DNA from: Callorhinchus milii
Lineage: Eukaryota
Assembly (NCBI RefSeq): GCF_018977255.1
Contig: NW_024704753.1
Coordinates: 1,736,001 to 1,800,000, forward strand
Length of the DNA: 64,000 bases
Direction: 5' to 3'
Made by a program: the position numbers and the translations under genes
Notes under the pieces: model-generated
Seen by the model: only the letters and a program-made list of their open reading frames with translations
Databases searched by the model: none
What the model was told of the DNA's origin: nothing
Part shown: piece by piece, positions 25,571 to 37,234 of the stretch
Numbering within the stretch: position 1 is the stretch's first letter
Layout of the letters: each line of letters opens with the position of its first letter

Positions 25571-28149
25571 GTTAGCAGTTGGATCGTCCATTGTCCGTCG
25601 GGAAACGTAGGTTCCGCAAGGTTTCTCTGCCTCACTTTAAATCTACCGACGAGAGAGCCTGACAGTGGGCCAGAGACACGGAGTAGTAATCCAGCGCCCC
25701 CCACCCGGGTCATTTAACAGTGTAACCAGTCCTGCGTCTTTTTTTTTTTTGCTGCTACTGCGTCAAAATAAATAATTCTACAGCTCACCAGGGAGCGATG
25801 GGAAAACTTGGCAACGTATATCTGATTTGCATTATAAGGCCTCGGAGCACAAATTCAACCGAGCAGAGCTGTGCCTCTGTAACGCACAGTGTTAATGTAC
25901 TTTGTGTCTAAGAGACTGTTGTGTAATTGAGCCGATGCTGACGATTTGGTTGAATGCTTGGGTTGGGAACCATCCTCATGTCGGTATTAGACGCCCAATG
26001 ATTTGTCCTTGCGAGTTAGTTACCTTTATTGTTGAAGGCAAAATTTTGGGAGTGAATTTTTTTCTTCAAGAAGAGAGAACAACTAATACATATTGTTCAA
26101 AACAATTTACTGAAGCGATGCCTTCTTGGGATAGACAGAAAGGAATGTACAAATCTTCGGCTCACGTCCCCAGTCGCTAACCTGGGTGGAAGGCGGGTCA
26201 TGAATGCAAGTTGTCGTCGTTGTCGAGCGTCTTCTGGAGCGTGTAGTGATGCAGAACGCAGCCGAAGATCAGAGTTTGGGGGGCTGGTGGGGGGAGAGAA
26301 AGGAAGCGATGGGCTTATAACAAAGATTTTAGATAACGCTACTCAGAAATGCAACTCAGGTTTGCAATTTCTCTGTGCGTCAAAAGTAATCAACTGCTCC
26401 ACGGGAGAAGCTAATGCTTTTGATAAAGATCACTCGTCTTTGAAAGGGAAAACTCATTCAAATAGACAGGAGTGGCGGCGTGAATGGAGTCAAAGATTGT
26501 CCCAATAAGGACGGGGTTTGGTTTGCACGCTCTATTATTTTCAACAAAAGAAATCGCAATAGCATTCGAATATAATTCTTTTAAGGTGTGACGTGAAATC
26601 AATGCTCTTATTCACTCTGCACTCTTGACGCACTGGTACAGGTTAGAGAAGACCTAAGGATGAGATTTTCTGATTGTCAGCGAGTTTATAGACCTGGTCG
26701 ATTGGGTGGGGGGGGGGGCGGGGGGGGGGGATGGAGAAAAATCCCTTTGCAAACTCATGGCTCTTCAAGGTTATATGACACAGGAGGCCAAACAGCACAT
26801 CAAGCTCCGCTACTTAATCAATGAACACAGATCTTTTAATTCTATTTACCTGCCCTTTGTAAGCTACCAAATCCCTGTCTCCCGCTGAACTTTACCAATC
26901 GATTTCTCCAGCTGGACAGGAGGTGAAAAGACTGAACTAATACTAACAATAATCCTTGCATCCGATACAGCGCCTTATCGCGTCGTTCAGACGTCTCAAA
27001 GCGCTTATCAGAATATATTGCAAAGCAGATCGACTGTGCATTTTGTGGGCGAAAGGCGGCAGACAATTACACTGCAGCGCAGCAAGTCGCAGGCAATATT
27101 TGAAACTTGTGAAATATTCGGTAGATAAACCGTAATTCCTCGCGCAACGTATAACTCGTGCACTGCTCTGGTTTGCACGACTGTTTCCATCAAAACTAGG
27201 AACGTGCCAAAGCACTGTGCTTTGCCGAGACCTTTCTAAATGAAATGTATTCAGGTCAGCTTTGGAGTGGTTTGCGTGCGTTTGTGTCCGTGTGTCAAGT
27301 TTGCTTGCGATTCCAGGGTTTAACCTCGGAGCTTTTCCGAGGGTAATCGGTAGCGAATAACACGGTTATATAAGGAAGTCTTCAGACCTACTTAGACATT
27401 GGCTATGTACCTGAAGCGCTCAATCGCAAGGAATGTGGTGAAAGGCTCGGGGCAGTTTGTGAAATGGCTGTGCCGTTAGATGATTAATAACCTTAAATTC
27501 CACACAAATGATTAAAAGATAGGATTTATTATTACTACTCGAGAAAAACACGTCCACGTGTGTACCCGGCTCATGATATTGCCCTTTAAAACGTTCCCTT
27601 GGCTGCGAGGGAGTAATTATTTAATCGTCATTTGGATGTTGCGTCAACTTAAATGGCTATTTTCCACCGCTCCTTCCCCCCACAATTTCCCTTTTTCTTG
27701 GGTTGCCCTTGTGACAGCAATCTAGTCTTTGCCTTGGAATATCTGGAGGGCGTCGATGAAAGGTGGGGAAGAAAAATGACTGCACGCTTGCGATAAAGTC
27801 ACAGCACATCTCATTAGAAAAGGCAAATTTTGCTCGAATTCAGTGACCGTCCAGTTGGTGTACCTGCAAACTCAGAAAAGGGAGAGGTGGGGGGGGGGGG
27901 GGGGTGGGGGGCAGTGGATGTTGCTATTCGGAAAGGTCCCCGAGTCTCCAGGCCATCTGTTCCACCCGAAGGAGATTTACAGACACCGACTCGGTCCTCC
28001 GCTGGAGGCTAAACAGCTGTTCTCTGGGAGAAAGAAATCAATGAGAGTTAAAACCAATTTGTCAGAAACGCGATAGCAAAAGGGGAAACGATTTCACAGA
28101 TTGTGGAGTTTCCTGAAATCGATACGCAAGTATTAAAGCATAAAAACAG

Positions 28150-28462
28150 GACGAGACGAGACGCTAAACCGAGGCCCCGACTGCTTATTCGGGTGGATGT
28201 TGAAGATGGCTCGGTGCCCCTCTTCAAAAAGAGGAGTCTCTCTTTCTCTCTCTCTCTCTCTCTCTCCCGACCGACAATATCCCCCAAATAACATGGGTCG
28301 CTCACTTCATGGCTGTTTGTGGGAAACAGCCGTGTGCAAAGTGGCTGCCGCTTTTGCTCGCAAAATACAGTCACTGCACTTTACAATATATTTCTGTGAA
28401 GACCCCTCAACGCTGCGCTAAGGCGCTCTATCAAATACAAGGAAGTATGATTATTATTATTA
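28150..28462 (+). mobile_element. DeuSINE-like copy
   Basis: gagacgctaaaccgaggccccgactgc..ggtggatgttgaagat plus the shared tail. Confidence 0.7.
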
Positions 28463-30931
28463 ATATTACAGTATATCCCTCTAAGTGCTTTGGATGTCCT
28501 CCCGAAGTGAAAGGCGCTTAAAACGTAAGTATTAGGGAGGGTTAAAAGGTAAATCCTAACAATAATCCTGGCATTTGATAGAGCGCCTTATCATGTTGTC
28601 GAGGCATTTCAAAGCGCTTCACAGGACTCTCATGTATAGTGGAGTGACTGTGTGTTTTGTGGGAATCGGTTTTGTTTATTCTGAGCATCAATGTATACAA
28701 TACGTTTGCATTATTAATATTGTCTTAATCACATTTTGGTGGGTTGGAAATTGAACCTTTTTTTTAAAAAAAAAACCCGGTTCACTGGTGCCCCTCCCCT
28801 CCTCCGCGCCCCCTCTTCTGATTCTCGAAAAGGTCACTGGAGATGGGAGGCATTAAGTGAATAGATTCTGGAGCAAAATTGCAATTTCAGTTCAATTCAC
28901 TTATTTTTAGCCCCGAAAACAGTCTTCCTCACGGAACATAAAGACTAGACTTTAGGATTGGCTGAAGGTTTCGGTGCAAAACTCGCCCACAAAATACCCA
29001 GTTAATTCACTTTACAGTATGTTCTGCAAAGTACTTTGAGACACCTCAACAATGTGATAAGGAGCTATATCAAATGCAAGGTTCATTTATTATTATTATT
29101 ATTATTGTTATAAGACTCAAATCAGGATGCAGTTTATAATAAAAAAGGGTTTTAAATTCCCAAACCAATTTATGTTTTTGCGGAGAGGCTCACGGATTTG
29201 CCTCAAAGATAGTTATTTTCCAAGTCTGTTATGTCATTTGCTTAATAACCCTCATATGCTCATCATATGATCCAACCGTTCAAAGTCTCCTTTATAGTCA
29301 GTCAATTCACCACAGTGCGTTCTGCGTCCAAACCATTTGGTAAGGCAGAAAGAGACGCAATTTTTAAACTTTTTTTTTCCCCCATCTCCCACCCCCTCGA
29401 CAAATTTCTCTGGCTTTCACGACTCAAGTTGACAAGATAATAATAATAATAATCCTTCCATTTGATACAGCGCCTGATCCCGCCTTCGAGACGTCTCAAA
29501 GCGCTTCGCGGGATATACTGTCAAGTGAATTGACTGCGTATTTTGTGGGCAAAACCCAATAATCCAAATTATTTTTATTTATTTTGAAGGAATTATTAAG
29601 ATGGGTGAGAGTGAGTCTTACCAACTGAGCCAGGCTGACACACACACACAAACACACTGGGCTGGGGAGGGTGTCCACTCTTACCAGCCTATTTCTTCCC
29701 CTTCTGCAGTCTGGTCAATGGATTCATCAAAACCATTAAAACATGGCTTTGGGCAACCGCTGATAAGATTTTTCCGGCTCTCTAATCACGGTGGGTGTAA
29801 ATTAACAGTGAATCGACTTTACAATATATTCTGTCAAGTGTTTAGAGACATCTCAACGACGTGATGGGGCGCTACGTCAAATGCAAGGATTATTATTATT
29901 ATTATTATTAAGGTACAAAAGCACTTCTCACACCCAGGGTCTCTCTCGCTCTCCCCCTTCCCGTGTCCACCTCTCAATGAAGTCAAGCCCTGACGTGTTG
30001 TATTCCAGGTCTGCCCCCCACCCCCTCTCTTGACCTTCATTACTTTATGCAGATTGAAGCTAATTTACCAACAGATTAAACAAAGGCGTCTCCAAAGGGG
30101 TGTTCGCAGGGCCGAAGGCACTTTGCTGTGCTCACAGCGGCAATTCCTTGTATTTCTTTCATGTGCTGATTGGGTTTAGTGAAGATTTATGGTGTGTGAA
30201 ATTTGCGCATTCGCTCGTGCAGCTATAAACAGCTGCCTTGCCCCTCTCCCCCTCCACCCCTCCTCTGTTCCGGGACTCAATGCAACACACAGTGAGCTGA
30301 ACCGGTCCCAGAAATGTATTATTTTATATCAAACCAAAACATTGTCAACACATAGATTGAGCAATATTTCGGGACAATGTGTTGTAAGATATTATGATAC
30401 TACAGGCACCACTGAGTGAAATTTAATGTTGTTTTTAACAACAGCTGGGCTTCATTTAAGATGATCATTGGTAGACAACTTAACATTTGTGAAATAAAAT
30501 ATTGATAGCTGTCTTTGCGAACAGAAGTTGTTTTCTCTAATTTCTTCCAGTGACCAAAGAACAGTGCAACGCTAAACACTTCGCTGTTTTTTTTTTTCTG
30601 TGTGTGTGTTTTAATCGGTGATACGAATTTAGGAATCGCTCGGTGAAAAAAGGCCAAGGTCCATCTAGTTCACCTTCTACCATCAATAATAATAACTACA
30701 ATAATAATCAAAATAATAACAGTAAACAATAATAAGAAAGGCCGCATCTTTGGAATAATCGGAACTGAAACAGCGAAAGCAGGAAAGGCACAGAAATCTA
30801 TAAGAGAAAGATCCTTAAACTGAAACATCGATCGGCATAACTTGACCGTTTCTGTTTTGAGCAGTTAATTACAACATATTTTGTAGGAGAGAGGGCGGAT
30901 TTGCATCAAGTGACCGGAGCCTCAATTCCTG

Positions 30932-31953
30932 ACTGACCGATGGATGCTTTTAAGAGCACCAGAGACGAGCGTTGGCTTATCTTCAAACCTGGACGTGTCT
31001 GATTTAGATTGAACCTGATATTATCTCCCAGCAACTGACTTGCCCGGATACAACAACAACAGAAGCGCCTTTCATGTCGGGAGGACGTCCCAAGGCGCTG
31101 GAAGGTTTGGAGTGCAAAGTGTGTTGCGCTTATACAGTGCAAGTTGTCGTCTCGAGGTACAATCTTCCTGTGTAATTACTGACTTTCCTGCGATAAGTAG
31201 AGAGAGAGAGAGAGAGATGAGCATCAGTTGGGAGTAAGTGTTTGGATATCTAATCTCTCCAAGATTAGCCGACCCCGCACAGCCTAGACAGAGTTCAAAG
31301 TCCCAACCATGTGTGTGTGTGAGTGTGTTGAGCACATAACCGTCCAACTCAAGAGGTGAGAGTGCTTACCAACCGAGCCAGGCCTGCAAACGTACGGTGA
31401 AAACCCATGTTACTTTCAAAGAGGTGAAAGCACAAGCAAAAGGAACTCATACTGTGACAACAAGCTCCCTCCCTATTAGCGCAAATCAGACGAACTATTT
31501 ACAGAAACGCATTTACACAAAAAAAATTGGTGGTTTTTAAATTAAAAACAAATGGATGGCCTGCTCGTTAATCTCTGTTCACAGGCTCCACATGCAAGAG
31601 GCACGTAAAATGGATCGTAATTAGCTTTTAACGGTTTAGGCTGCTGCCTGTTGATCGGAGGTAATTTGTCTGGCAACAAGGCCAGGGTACACCACTAATC
31701 CTATTAGATGAAATATCCTTTACAAGATAATTAAGATCACCATCTGGCAAGTTCCAAGTTGATATTACAGGGCTCTCCTCTCAACAGCCCTCTTCAACAA
31801 CATTCCCCCCTCAATACCCACACCCCCACCTCCCCACCCACCACCGCCGAATGCTGGGAGACAATATCAGGTTCAATCCAAATCAGACACGTCCAGGTTT
31901 GAAGATAAGCCAACACTCGTCTCTGGTGCTCTTAAAAGCATCCATCAGTCAGT
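30932..31953. repeat. Long inverted repeat: arms 30932-31033 and 31852-31953 (102 bp each, 98/102 identical), 818-bp spacer
   Basis: Arms aligned manually; four transition differences, no indels. Confidence 0.95.
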
Positions 31954-32100
31954 TTGGAAGATGACACCTGCTGATCTTAATTTAGAATTACCGCCGTTGT
32001 AATCCTGCTGAAAGTGCCAATCACAAGCCAATCTCACCCGAGACAGGGTGGAAGTCAGCGTCTAACAACGTCAAACTGTATGGAGAGACGCTCATTTATT

Positions 32101-32190
32101 TCTGAAACAAAAACAGAGAGAGCTGGGAAAACTCAGCAGGTCAGGCAGCATCTATGGAGAAAGGAAAGTGAGTCAACGTTTCGGGTCGTA
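32101..32190 (-). mobile_element. Fragment of a shark-type Penelope-like element terminus
   Basis: aaaacagagagagctgggaaaactcagcaggtcaggcagcatct..aacgtttcgggtcg resembles a common chondrichthyan repeat as I recall it. Confidence 0.55.
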
Positions 32191-32462
32191 GGTGCTGCCT
32201 TTTGGACGAGATGTTCACAACTACCTGCTAAAGATCCCACGACATTGTTCGGAAAGAGTGTCTCCTGGCATCCTGACCAACAACTATACCCAGGTAAGAT
32301 CGGGTCACTCACTTCATGGCGGTTTGCGGGACACTGCTGTGTGCAAAATGGCTGCCACGCTTGCTTACAAAATGCAGACGATAGTATTTGTACAGAAAAC
32401 TCTTAAAACGCTTTGAGATGCCTTAATGCGATAATGCACCGCATCAAACGCGAGGATTATTC
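32190..32462 (+). mobile_element. DeuSINE-like copy (5'-truncated)
   Basis: ggtgctgccttttggacgagatgtt..taaagatcccacgac..tail catcaaacgcgaggattat. Confidence 0.75.
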
Positions 32463-34483
32463 AATTTATTGAAAGAATATTTGTGATGCAGTATCAAACA
32501 CGGCAGACGAAGGAAAAGCCACTCATTACGGGATGAATTCAGACGCGCCCAAGGAATAAAAAATTCAGCAAAAAAAAGTCAGCTCTACCTTTGAAAGCTT
32601 CGAGTCTTCCCTAGTTGTTGGATTTCTGTATTTATATGTAGTCAGCGCTCTCTCCATAATTGGTCATTGAAGCTCAAGACTTGGAGTGGAGTATGTGTGT
32701 GCAACGCAATGTGACAAATCATCTGGCAGTCTGCCACGAACAAAACCACTACAAGAGTGCATTGGCAGGACAGTGAAGGAAATGTGCTTAACGCTGACTC
32801 TCTCGGCTCAGTTTGGAAGTTCTGAGGGGAGCCAAGTGCAGAATTGTGTCATTTGAAGAGTGGCCTGGGTACGTATGCCTTTCTCTGTCTGAGTTCAATG
32901 TTCCCGACTGGCATTTAATCCGTGCAATTCATGATGGTTGAAGTCCAAACCAAACTCTGCACTGTGGACCCACTCTTGGTGAAGTTCTGCCACACCACCC
33001 TGCGTGTGGGTTGCAACATAAATGCAAGTTGTTGTCGCTGAAGTTCACTCAAACCCTCGAAAACTAATGGACCTAACGAGGTGGGAGCAGAGGATCCTGC
33101 AGCTAAGACAACCTGGCCCTAGCTAACCGGGTCCTGGATTGAGTTGGGGTCTGCATTGGTGCTTGAAAGGGAAGAAACTGCTTAGGGCAGACGTAGCTTG
33201 AGCACTGAACCCATCAAGTAAGATTTACGGTCAGGACCTGACGTGAAGCGAACGTTTCTGAAGGCTTCCGAGAGTTGACGTGAATCAGACAAGACAAGAA
33301 GTGCCCGAACATGTTGGTTGAAGCTTAGGACACTGTGGAGGGTTCAGCTGAGCTGGTGCTGAAAGCCTTTCAAGTATTGTTGCTGAAGCCAACAATTCTA
33401 TCAGGCTTCACCAGTCGGGTCAAGACAGCTGCTGTATGGAGGGGACGGGGGGGGGTGGGGTGTGGTGTCCGAGTCAGCCACTAATTAGAGCTGCAGATGC
33501 TTATCCTTTTTGTAATAAGCCACCTTCACCCTTCACCCCCCACCCTCCCAACTGCTACCTCACCTGCTGTCAAGACATTTAAGGCAGGAAACATCGACAA
33601 TGTCATTAGGGAGAAAGTCAGTAGCTAATTTTCTGACAATTCTGATTTGAAAGTAGCAGAGAGAAAAGAACACGGATCGACAATAAAAGTGATGAATCGG
33701 GGGGGGGGGGGGGGGGAGAGGGGAGGGAAGAACTGGATTTCCGTCCACTCACCTTGGCTCAGGGCCTAAACTAAGGATGGTTTTCCCAGTTTTGCCGTGG
33801 GGGAGGGAGAGGCTATATGTGGTCTTTTCCTGGATCAATGATCTGGTTATTCATAAACCACAGCTGCGGTCCTGGCATTACATCTGGGATAGTTGAACCA
33901 TTTACCCTGTTATTTATACAGATGTGCCTACGCTTGTATTTTCCACTCCACTCCCACTCTTATCCTTACTCTCTTTAACTACCACACACTTTGCGCCTTG
34001 AAAGTAGTTAGTGTCTGCTGCTCACCTCAATCGTTCAATGCGCAGGTCAGGTCTCTGGTGTCTGTTCCTCTGTCCACTGTTTGTTTGCGATCAAGATGTG
34101 GACGGGTTTGTGTTATCCTGTAACCTAGTTTTGTCTCCCCCGACGTTTCAAAGATTTTGAAAGGAAACCGTACTCGCTCATATATGGTATCCTTGAAACA
34201 TTTGCAAACGAGATTGGAAATGTTAATGTTGAGGTACCTTTTCCTCGGGGGGGGGGGGGGGGGGGAGAGGAAGGGACACATTGCTTATTTTAACAGGCAT
34301 GTATATAAAAAGGAGAGAGTATGCAGGATTTTGCAGGAGTATCGCTAGAAAGAAAGTCAATCACATCTCACTTTGGGGCTGAAGCTGGAATTCAAACATA
34401 ACTCTTCAAAACCTATTTTTTTTAAAAAAAAAGAATCTGCAGACACCATTGAATGATTCTGCATGGATGGTATGGACAGAATG

Positions 34484-34661
34484 CAGTCAACTCCTGATAA
34501 CTCAACCCTGTCTTAACTTGTCTCTACCACTTAAGTTGTCATGCTGTCATTATCCCAGCTGCAGTTCTTTATGCATTTATAAATATGCCCAACTTGCCAC
34601 TCTGGATAACTAGTCACTGAGCCCCTTTCCCTTGGAGTGATGAGCTATCAGGAGTTTACTG
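34484..34661. mobile_element. ~180-bp MITE, best-preserved copy
   Basis: TIRs cagtcaactcctgataactc / gagctatcaggagtttactg (18/20 complementary). Confidence 0.8.
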
Positions 34662-34676
34662 CAGATATATATATTA

Positions 34677-34912
34677 TAATAATAATAATAATCCTTGCAT
34701 TTGATATAGCGCTTTTCACGTCGGGAGGACGTCCCAAAGCGCTTCACAGAACACACTGTAAAGTGAATTGACTGTATATTTGTGGGCGAACGCGGCAGCC
34801 AATTGCGCACAGCAATGTCCCACAAACAGTCGTGGATTGAAAATGACCAATTTATTATTGTTTTTGGTTTTGGAGGGATTATTATTATTAGGCTCTGTGT
34901 GGAGTAAGGAAA
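34677..34912 (-). mobile_element. Young SINE subfamily copy (5'-truncated, shortened body)
   Basis: Nearly identical to 43941-44212 and 45244-45562. Confidence 0.92.
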
Positions 34913-37234
34913 TTATATATTTTTATGTATAAAACGTTCTCTTTACCATGATTATTGGCTGCAAGAGTGAATGATTTTTAATGGGCAATGCAACAGATAG
35001 ATAGGGCCTCTAAAACTGTGAGTAATCAGGAGAATTTGTGATTCGCCAGCATCGTGTGAAAAAGCAGGTTGCTGCCAAATACACTCGCAGTAATTCAGCC
35101 AATATCAATCACACTGCGAACCCAACGTGAAAAACATTAGATAGCGGAGAGAGCAAAGACTAAACAAGGCTAGGAATTCTACGAATCAAGAGGGTTATTA
35201 ACATCTTCTTTTTATTCCAGCGGTTTTAATGTGGCTTTCAACGGGGAGGGTAGAAGGAAAAGGATGAAAATATGTTATGCATCATTTAACAGAACGGTAA
35301 ATGTACAATAATCTTTTTCCTAGAAATACAGTCGCTCCATTTCACAGTAAACCGTGAAATGTCCTTCAGACACGATGAAGCACGACACCAAGTACAAGGA
35401 TTATTATTATTATTAATCTAACAAATATACAATATTTTAAATACTTTAACCTCTTGCTGTGGTAATTGTTCGGTGCTTCTCATCCTCGTGAGGCTTATTT
35501 TCCAATACATTTCTGACATTCTTTATACGTTACAATGATATTTGACATGGTGCCATTCATATTGGGAGGACGTCACAAAAACACTGCATAGGATTTACTG
35601 TGAAGTGCAGTAACTGTGTATTTCCTAGGCAGCTATCACAGGATTTCTAACAGCATCTGTGAATCTGTACATCTGCGTAAGCCATCTGAGGTTACTGGGG
35701 GAAAAAAAAACTCAAAACGTTGATTGCATAGGAAAATATACATCACCATTCGTTCCGTGATGCCATGTGGATGGTTTGCTATCTTTTCAGTGAGTCGTCG
35801 ACAGTTGTGCAGCACCACCTGCTGGAAAGCTTCAAGAGTATATAAAAAAAAATGATCTTTTCCTTTGCTCCCAAAGAAAAACTTAGCCACCTCGCATCTA
35901 AAACGTGTTTTTTTTTAATGCTAAAGGAGGCTTTCAACAAGATGATCAAGAAATGCTGCTGTAAGGTCCCTGATTTTTAAAAAGGTTTCAAAGGTTTCTT
36001 GTTTTGTTTTGGTCAGATACGCGCGGAAACCCATCACCGTCGCTTAAGAGTTTCCAAACCAAGCTGAGGTTTTCATGCCTCCCACCGACACGTGGGAATT
36101 CCAGAGATAGTTTGTTGGAATGGAATGCGCTCTCTCTACCTGGAGGGACACATTCCCGGCTTACCTAATACCGGAAAGTATTAGGCGCAGGTTGGCAAGA
36201 GCCAAGGCTTGGGGGAGCCCAGAGTGTGCGTTGGGGTAACTGCTGGAGTCTAACCAACTAAAACCACATAGCTCGCCATTGATGCACTACTGTATATGGC
36301 AATGCCACTGTTATCACATCTGCTGATATATTCCAAGCAATGACTGCTGGGGAGTTTTGCTTTCGTCACTCACATAAGTGAAAGAATCTTTCGCCACCTC
36401 GCTAGCTCTTTCCCCCAGGCTAAATATAATTGGGGGTACATTGGATTTCACAAATTATTTCAAGCTGCCGCATGCAGAGACTAATCATATACAAAACCTC
36501 CACAGCTTCACCCCGAATTCCCTCAGTTCGTGAATAAAACTCCAGGGTAGAAATCTGATATTAAAACATTCAGCATTAACAAGTTACCTACCACCGAAGC
36601 CACTACAGAAGTGATCCCATCCACCCTACTGTTCCACTGAGTAGATGTTTGCTTATTTCAGTACTCGGGCTTGATAACCTTCGCTCTCAGTTAAGTTACC
36701 AGGATCTATTTTTGTGTCTTCTTAAAAACAACCTTTAAGCATCTTGTGAACACATATAACCTCACTCGCTCGGTTTCTCTTGCACCCAAATAAATGCATA
36801 GCACTGGCTGCTCAGAAATATCTTCCGCACAATGGGAAAAATGCAATGAAAGGGGCTAATTTTATTTTAGTTTATGTTAGTGAAACTGTGGTGTTGTTAT
36901 TTAATTGCTGGGGGGAAAAAAATCCAAAATGATAGGAGAAGCAACGAGAGGAATTTTATCACTGATACAAAGCAACAGGACAGTCTTGGCTGATCGCCAT
37001 TTAGATCTGGTGCTCCTGCAGAGACTTGGTGTTGCATCTCTCACAGGCTTACGCTTGTGTTCTTTGATTTAAGAATGAATATTTTGTAACTTGTGGTGTG
37101 AATCTATATGAATTAATTGCATCGTCCATACTTTAGTCTACAATTCAGTTCAGTTGAGAGCTGTTTATACTTAGAATATTTATGTTAAGACAATGATCAG
37201 CCAAGATACATATTAATGCTTTTAAAATTCTGCA

